Positions 38,183-48,394 of a stretch of DNA of 64,000 nucleotides are shown here, piece after piece. The notes beneath the pieces are model-generated. The model did not search any database and was not told where the DNA came from. It saw only the letters and a program-made list of their open reading frames with translations. The stretch lies in the IMG/VR virus record IMGVR_UViG_3300033463_000003, one strand, 5' to 3'. The stretch is from a virus (lineage: Duplodnaviria; Heunggongvirae; Uroviricota; Caudoviricetes). The first letter of the stretch is position 1. Each line of letters opens with the position of its first letter. The position numbers and the translations under genes are program-made.

Positions 38183-38275
38183 AAATTAATTATAAAAAGA
38201 AGGCAAAAACTAACTGCTTTCTTTTTTATTTTACTTCTGCATTTGCTAAATTATATGATTATTGAGGCGAATGTA

Positions 38276-40108
38276 ATGACTAATGAATTAATGGAAAAAA
38301 TAGTTAAAATTGGTTCAAAATGGCAAGTTCAGTCAGAAAATGGTAGAAATATGGGAACATATGATACTAAGGCTGAAGCTGAAAAAAGGCTCCAACAAGT
38401 CCATTATTTTAAATATGCTAATGAAGAACTAAATGAAGCAGGTAAAAATATTAGGTCAACCTATAGTGATATTAAAAATATTACTAATAAATTTGATAGC
38501 ACACACATTTCTAAAAATGATATTGTAATAAATCTACCTGATCCAGTTAAAGAACAGTATGTAGCTGAAATAAATGCTTTAATTGATAGTCAAGGCAGGC
38601 TATTAAATTATTTAGATGATACCACTGGTAAACAAATACATCATATTAATTTAAAATCACTAGGTGGTGCAGTTAATGACCTTAATAACTTTATAGTAGT
38701 TTACCCAAAAGATCATCTAAATATACATCGTAATCTTAGTAAAAATTTACATGATTATTTAGAAGCTCATCCGAAAGAAATAGCTAAATATAAAGATGCT
38801 GTAAGAGAAACAAGCAATGCTACATCAGTTTTAGCATTAAATGCAGAGGTACCACAAGAAGAATTTATTCGAGAATTTTATAATATGAGTAAATCTCAAA
38901 GTCAAAATAGGCTTCAAATACAACAAAGTTATTCAGAACGTAGATTAAATGCAAATAATACTATTATTAATGATGCTAATGCTAGAGTATTAATTAATTT
39001 TATAAAAGATCAGGCTGGAAATATTTTACCAGATTATGATCATCCAGTAATTAAGTCTACTCGTCAAGCTGCTGCATTTTTATTAACAGATGAGCCAATT
39101 ACAAAAAATATGGCACCAGAGTTAGTTAAAAAAATAGACAATAAAAGAGTAGATATTAGAGACACTGCAAATAAAAATACTAGTTGAATACAATGAGGTT
39201 TTGCTCCTTTTAATGGGGCAGATGATTTTGAAGGCCAGGCATGACTAATTTTAAATAAAAAAGATTTTGATAATCTTGCTATAACAACAGAATCCCTTTT
39301 AGAAGATACTCGTACTCAATTAATTAGTAAATCAAGAAGTGCAGGTCAATATAAAGATCAAAGTCGTGGTAAAAATAGATTTGAAAGAAAGAAACATTCA
39401 CATATAGCTAATCAAGTAAAAAGCTATAATCAAATTGATATGAATGACTTCTTCAAAAAAGATTTATTAGAAGTTAAAATTCCTGTTACTGGCGAAACAA
39501 ATCAATATATTGTTACTATTAAATTAGATGGCATTTGTACAGAAATTCAAAAAAATATTAAAAATAATAAGAATAAATTAGAATATAGAACAATTATACA
39601 AGCAATTACGAAAGTGTTTAACACAAGTGATGTTTATGTCAAATGCACTTGTGCTGATTTCCAATATCGCTTTAATCACTGGTCAATTGTAAATAATTAT
39701 GGTGTTGATGATAGTGCTCATGACCCAGGACCAGGAAAAGGAATTGCTAATCCAAATAATGATAAAGGTATTGGCTGTAAACATATCCTATTAGTATTAG
39801 CTAACTGCGATTGGATTATGAAAGTTGCGTCGGTCATTAACAACTATATTCACTATGCTGAAGAGCATATGCAAAAACCATTCTTAAAAGTTATATTCCC
39901 GAAACTTTATGGAATTCAAGCTGAAGAAATGGTTGAACAAGATTTAATTGATGATGATAAATACTTGGATTCTTCTGTTGGCCTAATTGATGCTATTAAT
40001 GAGTATGGAAAAACTCGTGGTAGATATAAAGCTGGCACAAATAAAAACCCAGTTACTGGAACAGGCGGTAGGACTAAAAAAGCTGCTGAAGAACCAGAAG
40101 AAGAATAA
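38276..40108 (+). CDS. HNH-like plus SWIM zinc-finger protein (3 TGA=Trp)
   Basis: IHHINLKSLGG..DLNNF..HLNIH; CTCADF...CKH; two track ORFs in frame, joined by TGAs. Confidence 0.75.
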
Positions 40109-40151
40109 TTTATAAATTATTGTATAATATAAAAGGAGAGTGGACGAATAG

Positions 40152-42206
40152 ATGATATCTAACGTTGAAAATATATCTCAAGCATTAAATAACTTATCTG
40201 AAGAAGAAAAGCAGGCTGCTCTTGAAATTTTAAAAGAAATGGCTGCTCAAGGTAAATCAGATCTTTTAGATAGTTTAAAATATAGCGATTTTGCTGAAAT
40301 ACCTGTTGGTATTGAAGAGTTTTTAGATAACGATTTATACTTAGGTAAGGGTATTTGAGAACGTGATGAAGTTACGGGTGAACGTAGATGCACCCTTTTT
40401 CCATATTGACGTGATACACTTAAAAAAGTATTTCCAGATAATTTAACAACCGCCTACAATACATTGATATTGACAGGCTCAATTGGTTTAGGTAAAACTT
40501 TGTGTGCTGTTTTATGCATGCTTTATTTATTATACAGAATGTTATGCTTAAAAGATCCATATTCTTATTATAGAATGATGCCTTCTGATAAGATTTCATT
40601 TTCAATGTTAAATATTACCTTAGATACAGCTCAAGGTGTTGGTTGGGATAAGCTACAGCAGCTAGTTCAAAATTCACCATGATTTTTAGAGCATGGTGCT
40701 ATGAATGCTAGCAGAACAAATCCTATGTGGCAACCAGATAAACATATTGAGCTTATTTTTGGTTCTAGTAATAACCACGTCGTAGGCCGTGCACTATTCT
40801 GCAATTTTACAGATGAAGTTAACTTTGGTATCGGCGGCGATGTTGAAAAGAAAAAAGCAAAGCAAAAGAAACTTATTGCCCAAATCGATGCTCGTATGAA
40901 ATCACGTTTTGGTAAAGGAACATATCTACCAACTCTAAATATTATTGCATCATCTAAAGATACAGAGCAAGCATTCTTAGATTCATATATTAATACTAAG
41001 AGGCAAAATGAAAGTAAAACGACTCTTATTATTGATGAACCACAATGGGTTGTTAGAAATGATAAAGGAACACCAAATGACCCTGGTTCATTCTGGGTTG
41101 CTGTTGGTGGTAAATTCTTAGCTCATGAGCTTCTTCCAGTTGGTGCTGATGAAGCAATGGTTGATAGCTTCCGCGATAAGGGCTATCAAATGCTCAAAGT
41201 CCCACCTATATTCCGTGAAGATTTTGAAACAAACCTAGAACAAGCCTTAATGGATATTGCTGGTTTATCAAGTGCTTCAAGTACAAAATATATTTCTGGT
41301 ATAAGATTAAATCAGGCAAAAGTTGATACATATGTAAATCCATTTACAAAAGATATAATTGAAGTTGGTAATAATCCTGATGATCACTATCAATATGCTA
41401 ACTTCTTCGATTTATCTGCAGTAAGTGGTGATGACTTAGCAAAACCACTATTTATTCATCTTGATATGTCGTTATCAGGGGACAAAACTGGTATTGCTGG
41501 AGTCTGAATTACTGGAAAGCGACCAACACGTGAAGGTGAAGAAGCATCCAGGGAATTACAATATAAACTAGCATTTTCTGTATCAGTTAAAGCACCTAAG
41601 GGTTTCCAAGTTAGCTTTGAAAAAAATAGAAACTTTATTAGATGATTACGTGATAGAGGATTTACTATTAAGGGTATTTCATCTGATACCTTCCAATCAG
41701 CACAAATTCAACAAGATTTAAAAAGTGATGGATTTGATACACAAATTATATCTGTTGACCGTGTTGACACTCAAAGTAAGATTTGTATACCATACCATTA
41801 TTTACAGTCAGCTATTTATGAACGACGTATACAAATATATAAAAAATGTGATTTATTAACAGATGAATTAATTGGCCTTGAGCGACTATCAAATGGTAAA
41901 ATTGACCACACACCTGATGGAATTAACTCAAAGGACCAAGCTGACGCAGTGTGTGGTGCCCTATATCTGGCTAGTAAGTTTGCTGAAGAATACGCCTATG
42001 ATTATGGTGAAAGCTTAGAAGCAACAGTAGATGCAAATACTGAACTTACTGAAGAAGATAGAAGAAAACAGATGATTGCAGATTGACAGACTGAATTGGC
42101 TAAAATATATATGGCCGAACAGAAAGCAATTGATGCAGAAACGGCTAAGAAAAAAGCCGATTATGAGTATTATAAGGACCTAAGTGATGGTATTATAATT
42201 ATATAA
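40152..42206 (+). CDS. terL: Terminase large subunit (6 TGA=Trp)
   Basis: Walker A LTGSIGLGKT, FTDEVNF, HLDMSLSGD, SKDQADA; TGA at 40356, 40407, 40680 (SP-W-F), 41505, 41643, 42084; TAA 42204. Confidence 0.92.
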
Positions 42207-42222
42207 AGAATAGGAGAATACT

Positions 42223-44163
42223 ATGGCAAATACAAAACCAAAAAATACCAAAAGTAAAAGCCCATTAGTTGGAAATCAAGCAAAACCAACAGTATTAGAC
42301 TCTACAACAAAATTAGATATTGATACCAACAAAGTATTTATTGATAATATTATTGATGCTGGTATTAATGGCGGTTTGAATTTAGGAGCATTAGAAAACT
42401 TTACCTCTATTTCAAATAACAGAGACCAAATTTATACGTTGATTGACACTATGGCAGCCGACTCTTCTGTTTCAGCTATTGTTAGAACTTATGCTGAAGA
42501 AGTTTGTGAAACCAGTGATAATGGCCATGTTGTCTGGTGTGAATCTCAAGATCCAAAAGTTAGTAAGTTTATTAATTACTTATTAAATGTTATGAATGTT
42601 GATAAAAATATTTATAACTGGACCTATAACTTAATTAAATATGGTGATGTTTATCTAAGATTATACCGTGAATCTGACTATGAAGATAAGCTTTTCAAAA
42701 AAGATAATATTGGTAAAGCTGATATGGGTAGAAAATTACATGAAGGTGCTGAAGATGTAAATGAAAGTGTTACATTAAATATGCATACAGCAAATGACCC
42801 ATATTCATACTATGTTGAAATGGTTCCAGATCCAAGCACAATGTTTGAATTAACTAAATATGGTAAAACATATGGCTACATTGAAACACCAAATGCAGAC
42901 ATTCAACAAAATTATCTTCAAACAATGCAAACAGAAACTCAAAACTATTTAAGTTATAGAATGAAATCGTCTGATGTTAATGTTTATCAAGCTGATGATT
43001 TTGTACATGCTTGCTTAGAAGATAATGTTTCAAGATATCCAGAAACTGTAGAAATATTTACAAACCAAGATGATTACACTAATTCTAAAAATGCATTAAC
43101 ATATAAAGTTAGACGTGGTAAATCACTTCTTTATGACTCATATAAAATCTGGCGTGAAAAACAATTACTTGAAAATGCTGCACTATTAAATAGAATTACA
43201 AGATCAAGTATTGTTAGAAATATTCAAGTTGAAGTTGGAAACATGCCAAAAGAGCAAGTCCAACTAACATTAAGAAGAATTAAAGAATTATTTGAACAAA
43301 AATCAAGTGTCAATGTTGGAAATGGCATGACAGAATATACTAACCCAGGTGCCATTGAAAATAATATCTTTACTGCTACACACAATGGTCAAGGTGCTAT
43401 TACAGTAAATAGTGTCGGTGGTGATGTTGATGTTAAAAACCTTGCTGACTTAGACTGGTGGAATAATAAATTCTATTCATCTTATGGCATTCCAAAACAA
43501 TACTTTGGCTGGACAGATGATAGCACAGGTTTCAATGGTGGCTCTTCATTAACAATTTTATCAAGTGTATTTGCTAAAGGCGTTAAAAGAGTACAAAATG
43601 CTATTCTTCAAGCAATTACCGATAGTATTAATTTAATTTTAGTTAATAAAGGACTTAAAGCATACCTTAATAACTTTGTTCTTAAAATGCGTGCCCCATT
43701 AACTCAAGAAGAAGTTGACTATCGTTCAAATCTTACTGATAGAATTAATGCAATTAGTAACTTACAAAGCTTATTCACTGATGTTGAAGATAAAGTTAGA
43801 AGATTAGAAATCTTAAAATCTTTAGTTGCTACATTAAACTATGGTGATGATATTATTGAAGAAATAGAAAAAGAAATTGAAGCTGCAAAGCAAGCTAAGA
43901 AAGAAAAAGCTGAAAAAGAGGCAGAAGAAGCTAAAGCTGCTGAAGCTGAAGCTGCTAGCGGTGAAGCAACAGAAACAACTGAAGAAGCACCTGCTGAAGA
44001 AAGCGATGAAGAGCTTGACTTAGGCATGGCTGAAATTGCTACAGAAGGCATTAAAGAAAAAACAGGTGAAATCTTATTAGAAGATACAATTGTTGAAAGT
44101 GATGATGACCTTCCAACTCCAGAAGAAGTTAATGAAAAAATTGACTTTTCTAAAAATAAATAG
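42223..44163 (+). CDS. Portal protein (T4 gp20-like)
   Basis: Follows terminase; KYGDVYL, GKSLL, LLENAALLNRITRS, VEVGNMP, YGIPKQY. Confidence 0.88.
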   Translation: MANTKPKNTKSKSPLVGNQAKPTVLDSTTKLDIDTNKVFIDNIIDAGINGGLNLGALENFTSISNNRDQIYTLIDTMAADSSVSAIVRTYAEEVCETSDNGHVVWCESQDPKVSKFINYLLNVMNVDKNIYNWTYNLIKYGDVYLRLYRESDYEDKLFKKDNIGKADMGRKLHEGAEDVNESVTLNMHTANDPYSYYVEMVPDPSTMFELTKYGKTYGYIETPNADIQQNYLQTMQTETQNYLSYRMKSSDVNVYQADDFVHACLEDNVSRYPETVEIFTNQDDYTNSKNALTYKVRRGKSLLYDSYKIWREKQLLENAALLNRITRSSIVRNIQVEVGNMPKEQVQLTLRRIKELFEQKSSVNVGNGMTEYTNPGAIENNIFTATHNGQGAITVNSVGGDVDVKNLADLDWWNNKFYSSYGIPKQYFGWTDDSTGFNGGSSLTILSSVFAKGVKRVQNAILQAITDSINLILVNKGLKAYLNNFVLKMRAPLTQEEVDYRSNLTDRINAISNLQSLFTDVEDKVRRLEILKSLVATLNYGDDIIEEIEKEIEAAKQAKKEKAEKEAEEAKAAEAEAASGEATETTEEAPAEESDEELDLGMAEIATEGIKEKTGEILLEDTIVESDDDLPTPEEVNEKIDFSKNK

Positions 44164-44190
44164 TAGATAATTTGAAAGGAAATACTAATT

Positions 44191-44661
44191 ATGATTACAA
44201 AAAATGATTGTTTATCAATTTTAGTTAAATTAGAAGATCAAGGTGTTAATATTGATTTGCCTATGCGTAAATTAGTTGTTAGCAAAGAAGTACCAATTGA
44301 AGTTTTAAAATTTATTTCAGAACATCGTGGTATTGAAGTAAGTAATTTCTATGAAATGCTTAGAAAAAGGCATAATCAAAAGAAATCACCATTATATACT
44401 AATATTTTAAAAGAAATTTCAGATATGGATGACGTTATTACTACATTATCTTGCTTCTTAACTCAAATTATTCTATATAGTTCAAAACTTCAAGCACGTG
44501 ATAGCTTCATTAAAGAGGTTAGAGCTGAAGAAGTTACAAGAGTTTTAAATACTTATTTTAAAACTGGTGATGGCTCTGCCTGTATTGCACTTTTAAAACT
44601 AATTAAATCTGATTTATTGGTTTTAGAATATATAAGTGGTAGACGTGAACTAGCTGCTTAA
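44191..44661 (+). CDS. Hypothetical protein
   Basis: 156 aa, AAAGGA SD. Confidence 0.75.
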   Translation: MITKNDCLSILVKLEDQGVNIDLPMRKLVVSKEVPIEVLKFISEHRGIEVSNFYEMLRKRHNQKKSPLYTNILKEISDMDDVITTLSCFLTQIILYSSKLQARDSFIKEVRAEEVTRVLNTYFKTGDGSACIALLKLIKSDLLVLEYISGRRELAA

Positions 44662-44950
44662 TATATAAAAACATTTAGAACATTAAAAGCCCAAAGTTAA
44701 TTGGGCTTTTTATTTTTATACTACTTTTATTTTTATATGCTAAATTAATTGGTTTTTTGCAGTATATTGATTACTTGCAAATACTATTTATAAGCATTTT
44801 TAATAAATTATTAAATTATTAACGATGTTTATTCGCTAAATTAAAATGATTGGAGCATTCCTCTAATCTAATTTATGATAACTTGCCTGGTAATGGTCGA
44901 CCTGCTAGTTATCAGGTAAGTTTGTAAATTTGGAGATTGGAAAGATACGC

Positions 44951-46879
44951 ATGATGAAAAACAAAAAAGTTATTAAAGAAATGCTTAACTTTCAAGACTT
45001 AACTGAAGAAGAAAAAAAGTCTAGAGGTATATTGGGACGTTTATACGGACCATGTGCTTCTATCATCGCCCCGACAAGAAACGGACGTAAGTATTCTGAT
45101 GAAGTCTGGGAAAAAGTATTTAATGAAAATGAAATTGTAAAGGAAATGTTTGCAAATGGTGGAATTCCTATGGAACTTGACCATCCAGCAGACAGGGAAG
45201 AAACTTGTAGTGAAAAAATTGCTGCTATGCTTCCTGAGCCACCAAAGAAAGATAATGATGGCCACTTAATTTGTTATGTTGACCTCATTGATACTCCTTG
45301 TGGTAGAATTGCTTATCAATTAGCAAAGTACGGTTTCAAGCTCGGAATTAGTTCTAGAGGCACTGGTGATTTATATACTGATGCTGATGGAAATGAATCC
45401 GTTGACCCAGATACCTATGACTTTACAACATTTGACCTTGTTCTTCTACCAGCAGTTAAAGATGCTAGATTAACAATGACTGAATCATATAAGCCTTCTA
45501 ATGAAGCTGGATTCAAAAAAGCCCTTGTTGAATCTCTTGAAGTTGCATCTGATGCTGATAAAAGAGTTATGGAAGAAACTTTAAAGGACTTAAATATCAG
45601 TTTAACTGAAGAAGTCTGCGTTGAAGATGTTCCATATGAAGATCCAGAAGAACCTATTACTGATTTATTAATTGAAGAAACCAGTGAAGAGACTCCTGTG
45701 ATTGAAGAAACCGAATCTACTGAGGAGGCCAATGAACCTTCTGAGGAAACTAGCACTGAAGCTCCTGTTGAAGAAGTGTCAGAAGAACCATCTGAAGAAG
45801 AAAACATTGAGCCTGAAGTAGAAGCTGGTGAAGAAGCAGTTGTAGAAGCTCCAAAAGCAGAAACAATTGGCGACTTAGTTAAAGAATTAACTGAATATAA
45901 TGACGATTTAAGTGTAGAATTTAAACCATTAGTCATTGAAGATAAAGAATACGAAATTGCTGGATTAGAGTTTGATAATTCTGAAGAAGGTAAAGTCGTA
46001 ATTACAATTGGTTATAACTCTGAAAAGGGTGATAATATAGATAGTAGCGAAGAAAAGGTTGAAGGTGAAGAACCTGCAGAACCTGCTACAATTGCTGATG
46101 ATGAAACTTCCACAAGTGAAGAAGTTGCCTCTGAAGAAGCTGTCGATGACGGGAACGAAGAAGTAATTGAAAGCCTTAAAGAAATGATTCGTCAGAAGAA
46201 TTTACTTGAGCAAACAGTTAGTGATCTTAAAGCTGCTAAAACAGTTGGCGATGCCGAGGTCGAACATCTGAAAGAGGAACTTAACAAATACAAAACATCA
46301 TTTGCAAGAGTAAGCGAGTTGGCCGCAGATTCTAAACGCTTTGAAAAAGAAGTTCAATCCTTAACTGAACAATTATCTAAGAAAGATTCCGAAATAGCGG
46401 AATTAAAACAAGCACATAAAGTTAGCTTGACAGAAAGTGCAAAAGCTAAAGCAGATGAAGTTAAAGTGCTTACTGAAAAACTTGCCACTAAGGCACAAGA
46501 AGTTGAAGATGTTAAAGTACAAGCAACTGAAAATGCTACCGCACTCAGAAAAACTATTAATGAACGCACAGAAATTGCTAAGAAATATAAAGCAAAATAT
46601 GAAAGCGTTGTTAGACGTTATATTGAGTCAAAAGCTTCTATGCTCGGTGTCAGACCAACTGAAATTACCAGCAGATTAAATGAACATTATTCTTTAGATG
46701 ATGTTGATAAAGTCTGTGAAGAATTATTAGATATTAATTTCAATACATTACCATTTAATACTGGTCGTGGTGCGAAAGTAAATATCAAAGAGTCTAATGA
46801 ACGTAAGGTTCAAGCCTCTGATCCTGATAATGGTTATGAAATCGATGATGATTTATTAATCTTAGCTGGATTGAAATAA
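44951..46879 (+). CDS. Prohead protease (T4 gp21-like) fused to acidic/coiled-coil scaffold
   Basis: NGRKY, ELDHP, DTPCG, LGISSRGTG, FDLVLLPA; long coiled-coil C-terminus. Confidence 0.9.
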   Translation: MMKNKKVIKEMLNFQDLTEEEKKSRGILGRLYGPCASIIAPTRNGRKYSDEVWEKVFNENEIVKEMFANGGIPMELDHPADREETCSEKIAAMLPEPPKKDNDGHLICYVDLIDTPCGRIAYQLAKYGFKLGISSRGTGDLYTDADGNESVDPDTYDFTTFDLVLLPAVKDARLTMTESYKPSNEAGFKKALVESLEVASDADKRVMEETLKDLNISLTEEVCVEDVPYEDPEEPITDLLIEETSEETPVIEETESTEEANEPSEETSTEAPVEEVSEEPSEEENIEPEVEAGEEAVVEAPKAETIGDLVKELTEYNDDLSVEFKPLVIEDKEYEIAGLEFDNSEEGKVVITIGYNSEKGDNIDSSEEKVEGEEPAEPATIADDETSTSEEVASEEAVDDGNEEVIESLKEMIRQKNLLEQTVSDLKAAKTVGDAEVEHLKEELNKYKTSFARVSELAADSKRFEKEVQSLTEQLSKKDSEIAELKQAHKVSLTESAKAKADEVKVLTEKLATKAQEVEDVKVQATENATALRKTINERTEIAKKYKAKYESVVRRYIESKASMLGVRPTEITSRLNEHYSLDDVDKVCEELLDINFNTLPFNTGRGAKVNIKESNERKVQASDPDNGYEIDDDLLILAGLK

Positions 46880-46905
46880 AAATTTAATTTATAAAGGAAA
46901 TGATT

Positions 46906-48273
46906 ATGAGACAAAATTTACTTGAAACTTATTCTCGTCAATTAAAAGTCGCAGAAGCTTATGTCGCAAAGAATTTCGATAAAACAGTCTCTGCTAATAC
47001 AAAATTGACAACTGCTGTCTTATTAGACAACACAAACAGATGGATGACAGAAGCTTTCAGTACAACCGCAACTGCTAGAGCAGATATGGGCGATTGGAAG
47101 AAATTCTGCTTAAACCTCACAAACATCGCTGTTCCATCATTAATCGCTAATGATTTAGTCATCGTTCACCCAATGACTTCTTACAGCGGATCTGTTGCAT
47201 ACTTAAAGTATGTCAGCAAAACTGATAAGGGTGGAGTCGTTAAAGGACAAGAATTCAACTCTGTTTTCGGTCTTGGTGAAATGAGCCCAGCTCGTGAAAA
47301 ATTCACAAGCCAAGTCATCGTTGAAGAAGTCGGTTCTAACGGCGAATTACTTTTACACCCAGTTAAGAACGGTCGCTTCGTTAACCCAGAAGATGAATCA
47401 AAACATGACGCTAAAGTCAAACGTGATGGTAAAGATGTTTACCTTGATGTCATCGGTGAAGGCGAAGAAGCTCACCTTGATGTTGCAGCTGGTGAAAAAG
47501 TTGCTTACATTGCTGCTGAATTCCAAATGGAACAAGTTCCAGCAATCGACATCCCAACAATTGGTCCAAAACTCGAACACATCGCTTTAGTTGCAGAACC
47601 AAGACGTATTGCTGTCCGTTATGACCAAATCACTGCTTTCCAAGCAAAAACTGACTACGGCTTCTCACTCGATAAACAAATCGCTGAACAAGCTTGTGGT
47701 GAATTAGCATACGAAATCGATACAGAAATCGTTGCAATGTTAGCTGAAGGTGCTGGTAAAGCTCTTCCAGAATTAACATGGTCCAAAGTTCTTCCTGTTG
47801 GCGTTAGCAAATTCGAACACTACAATGGCTTCTTAGAAGTTATTGAAAAAGCTCGTGCTATCATCTACAAGAGAACACAAAAATTCCATCCTAACTATAT
47901 GGTCATCTCTTCTGACGTTCTTCCAGTTTTAAGATTCGTTAATGGATTTACAGCTGTCAAGAATGCTAAGATGAATGGTCCTTATAAAGTTGGTGAATTA
48001 GATGGTTTATCAATCTATGTTTCCCCAATCCTTAAAGATGGCGAATTCTTCTTTGGATTAAACGGCTCTGACATGATGTCATCTGCTGGTGTCTATGCTC
48101 CATATATGGCTATCGTTCCAACACAATTACTTGGAACACCAGATGGTGGTTTAGCACAAGGCTTCTCAACTTGGTATGCCAAAGCCTTACTCAACACTAA
48201 TTTATTAGTTGCTGGTAAGATCATTGGTGGCGAACCATTCGAAGGCACCACTTACGGTGTCATCAATGGCTAA
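46906..48273 (+). CDS. Major capsid protein (T4 gp23-like)
   Basis: LIANDLVIVHPM, ELAYEIDTE, GVYAPYM; high-expression codon bias; follows scaffold. Confidence 0.92.
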   Translation: MRQNLLETYSRQLKVAEAYVAKNFDKTVSANTKLTTAVLLDNTNRWMTEAFSTTATARADMGDWKKFCLNLTNIAVPSLIANDLVIVHPMTSYSGSVAYLKYVSKTDKGGVVKGQEFNSVFGLGEMSPAREKFTSQVIVEEVGSNGELLLHPVKNGRFVNPEDESKHDAKVKRDGKDVYLDVIGEGEEAHLDVAAGEKVAYIAAEFQMEQVPAIDIPTIGPKLEHIALVAEPRRIAVRYDQITAFQAKTDYGFSLDKQIAEQACGELAYEIDTEIVAMLAEGAGKALPELTWSKVLPVGVSKFEHYNGFLEVIEKARAIIYKRTQKFHPNYMVISSDVLPVLRFVNGFTAVKNAKMNGPYKVGELDGLSIYVSPILKDGEFFFGLNGSDMMSSAGVYAPYMAIVPTQLLGTPDGGLAQGFSTWYAKALLNTNLLVAGKIIGGEPFEGTTYGVING

Positions 48274-48307
48274 TTAAACGCCAAGTCGATAAAGCAATAA
48301 AAAAATT

Positions 48308-48334
48308 AGAGGTTCCTTCGGGAGCCTCTTTTTT
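48308..48334 (+). terminator. Intrinsic terminator after the capsid gene
   Basis: AGAGGTTCC-TTCG-GGAGCCTCT-TTTTT. Confidence 0.9.
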
Positions 48335-48394
48335 ATATTAAATCTTAGCTGAATTTGCTAAATTATACAAAGAGTAAAGGAAAATTATTTTAAT

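Noticed and set aside
40152-42206. Terminase (and the 48395 gene) as pseudogenes or intron-split genes
   Set aside because: Every interruption is an in-frame TGA, with no frameshifts, TAA/TAG or insertions; recoding explains all of them.
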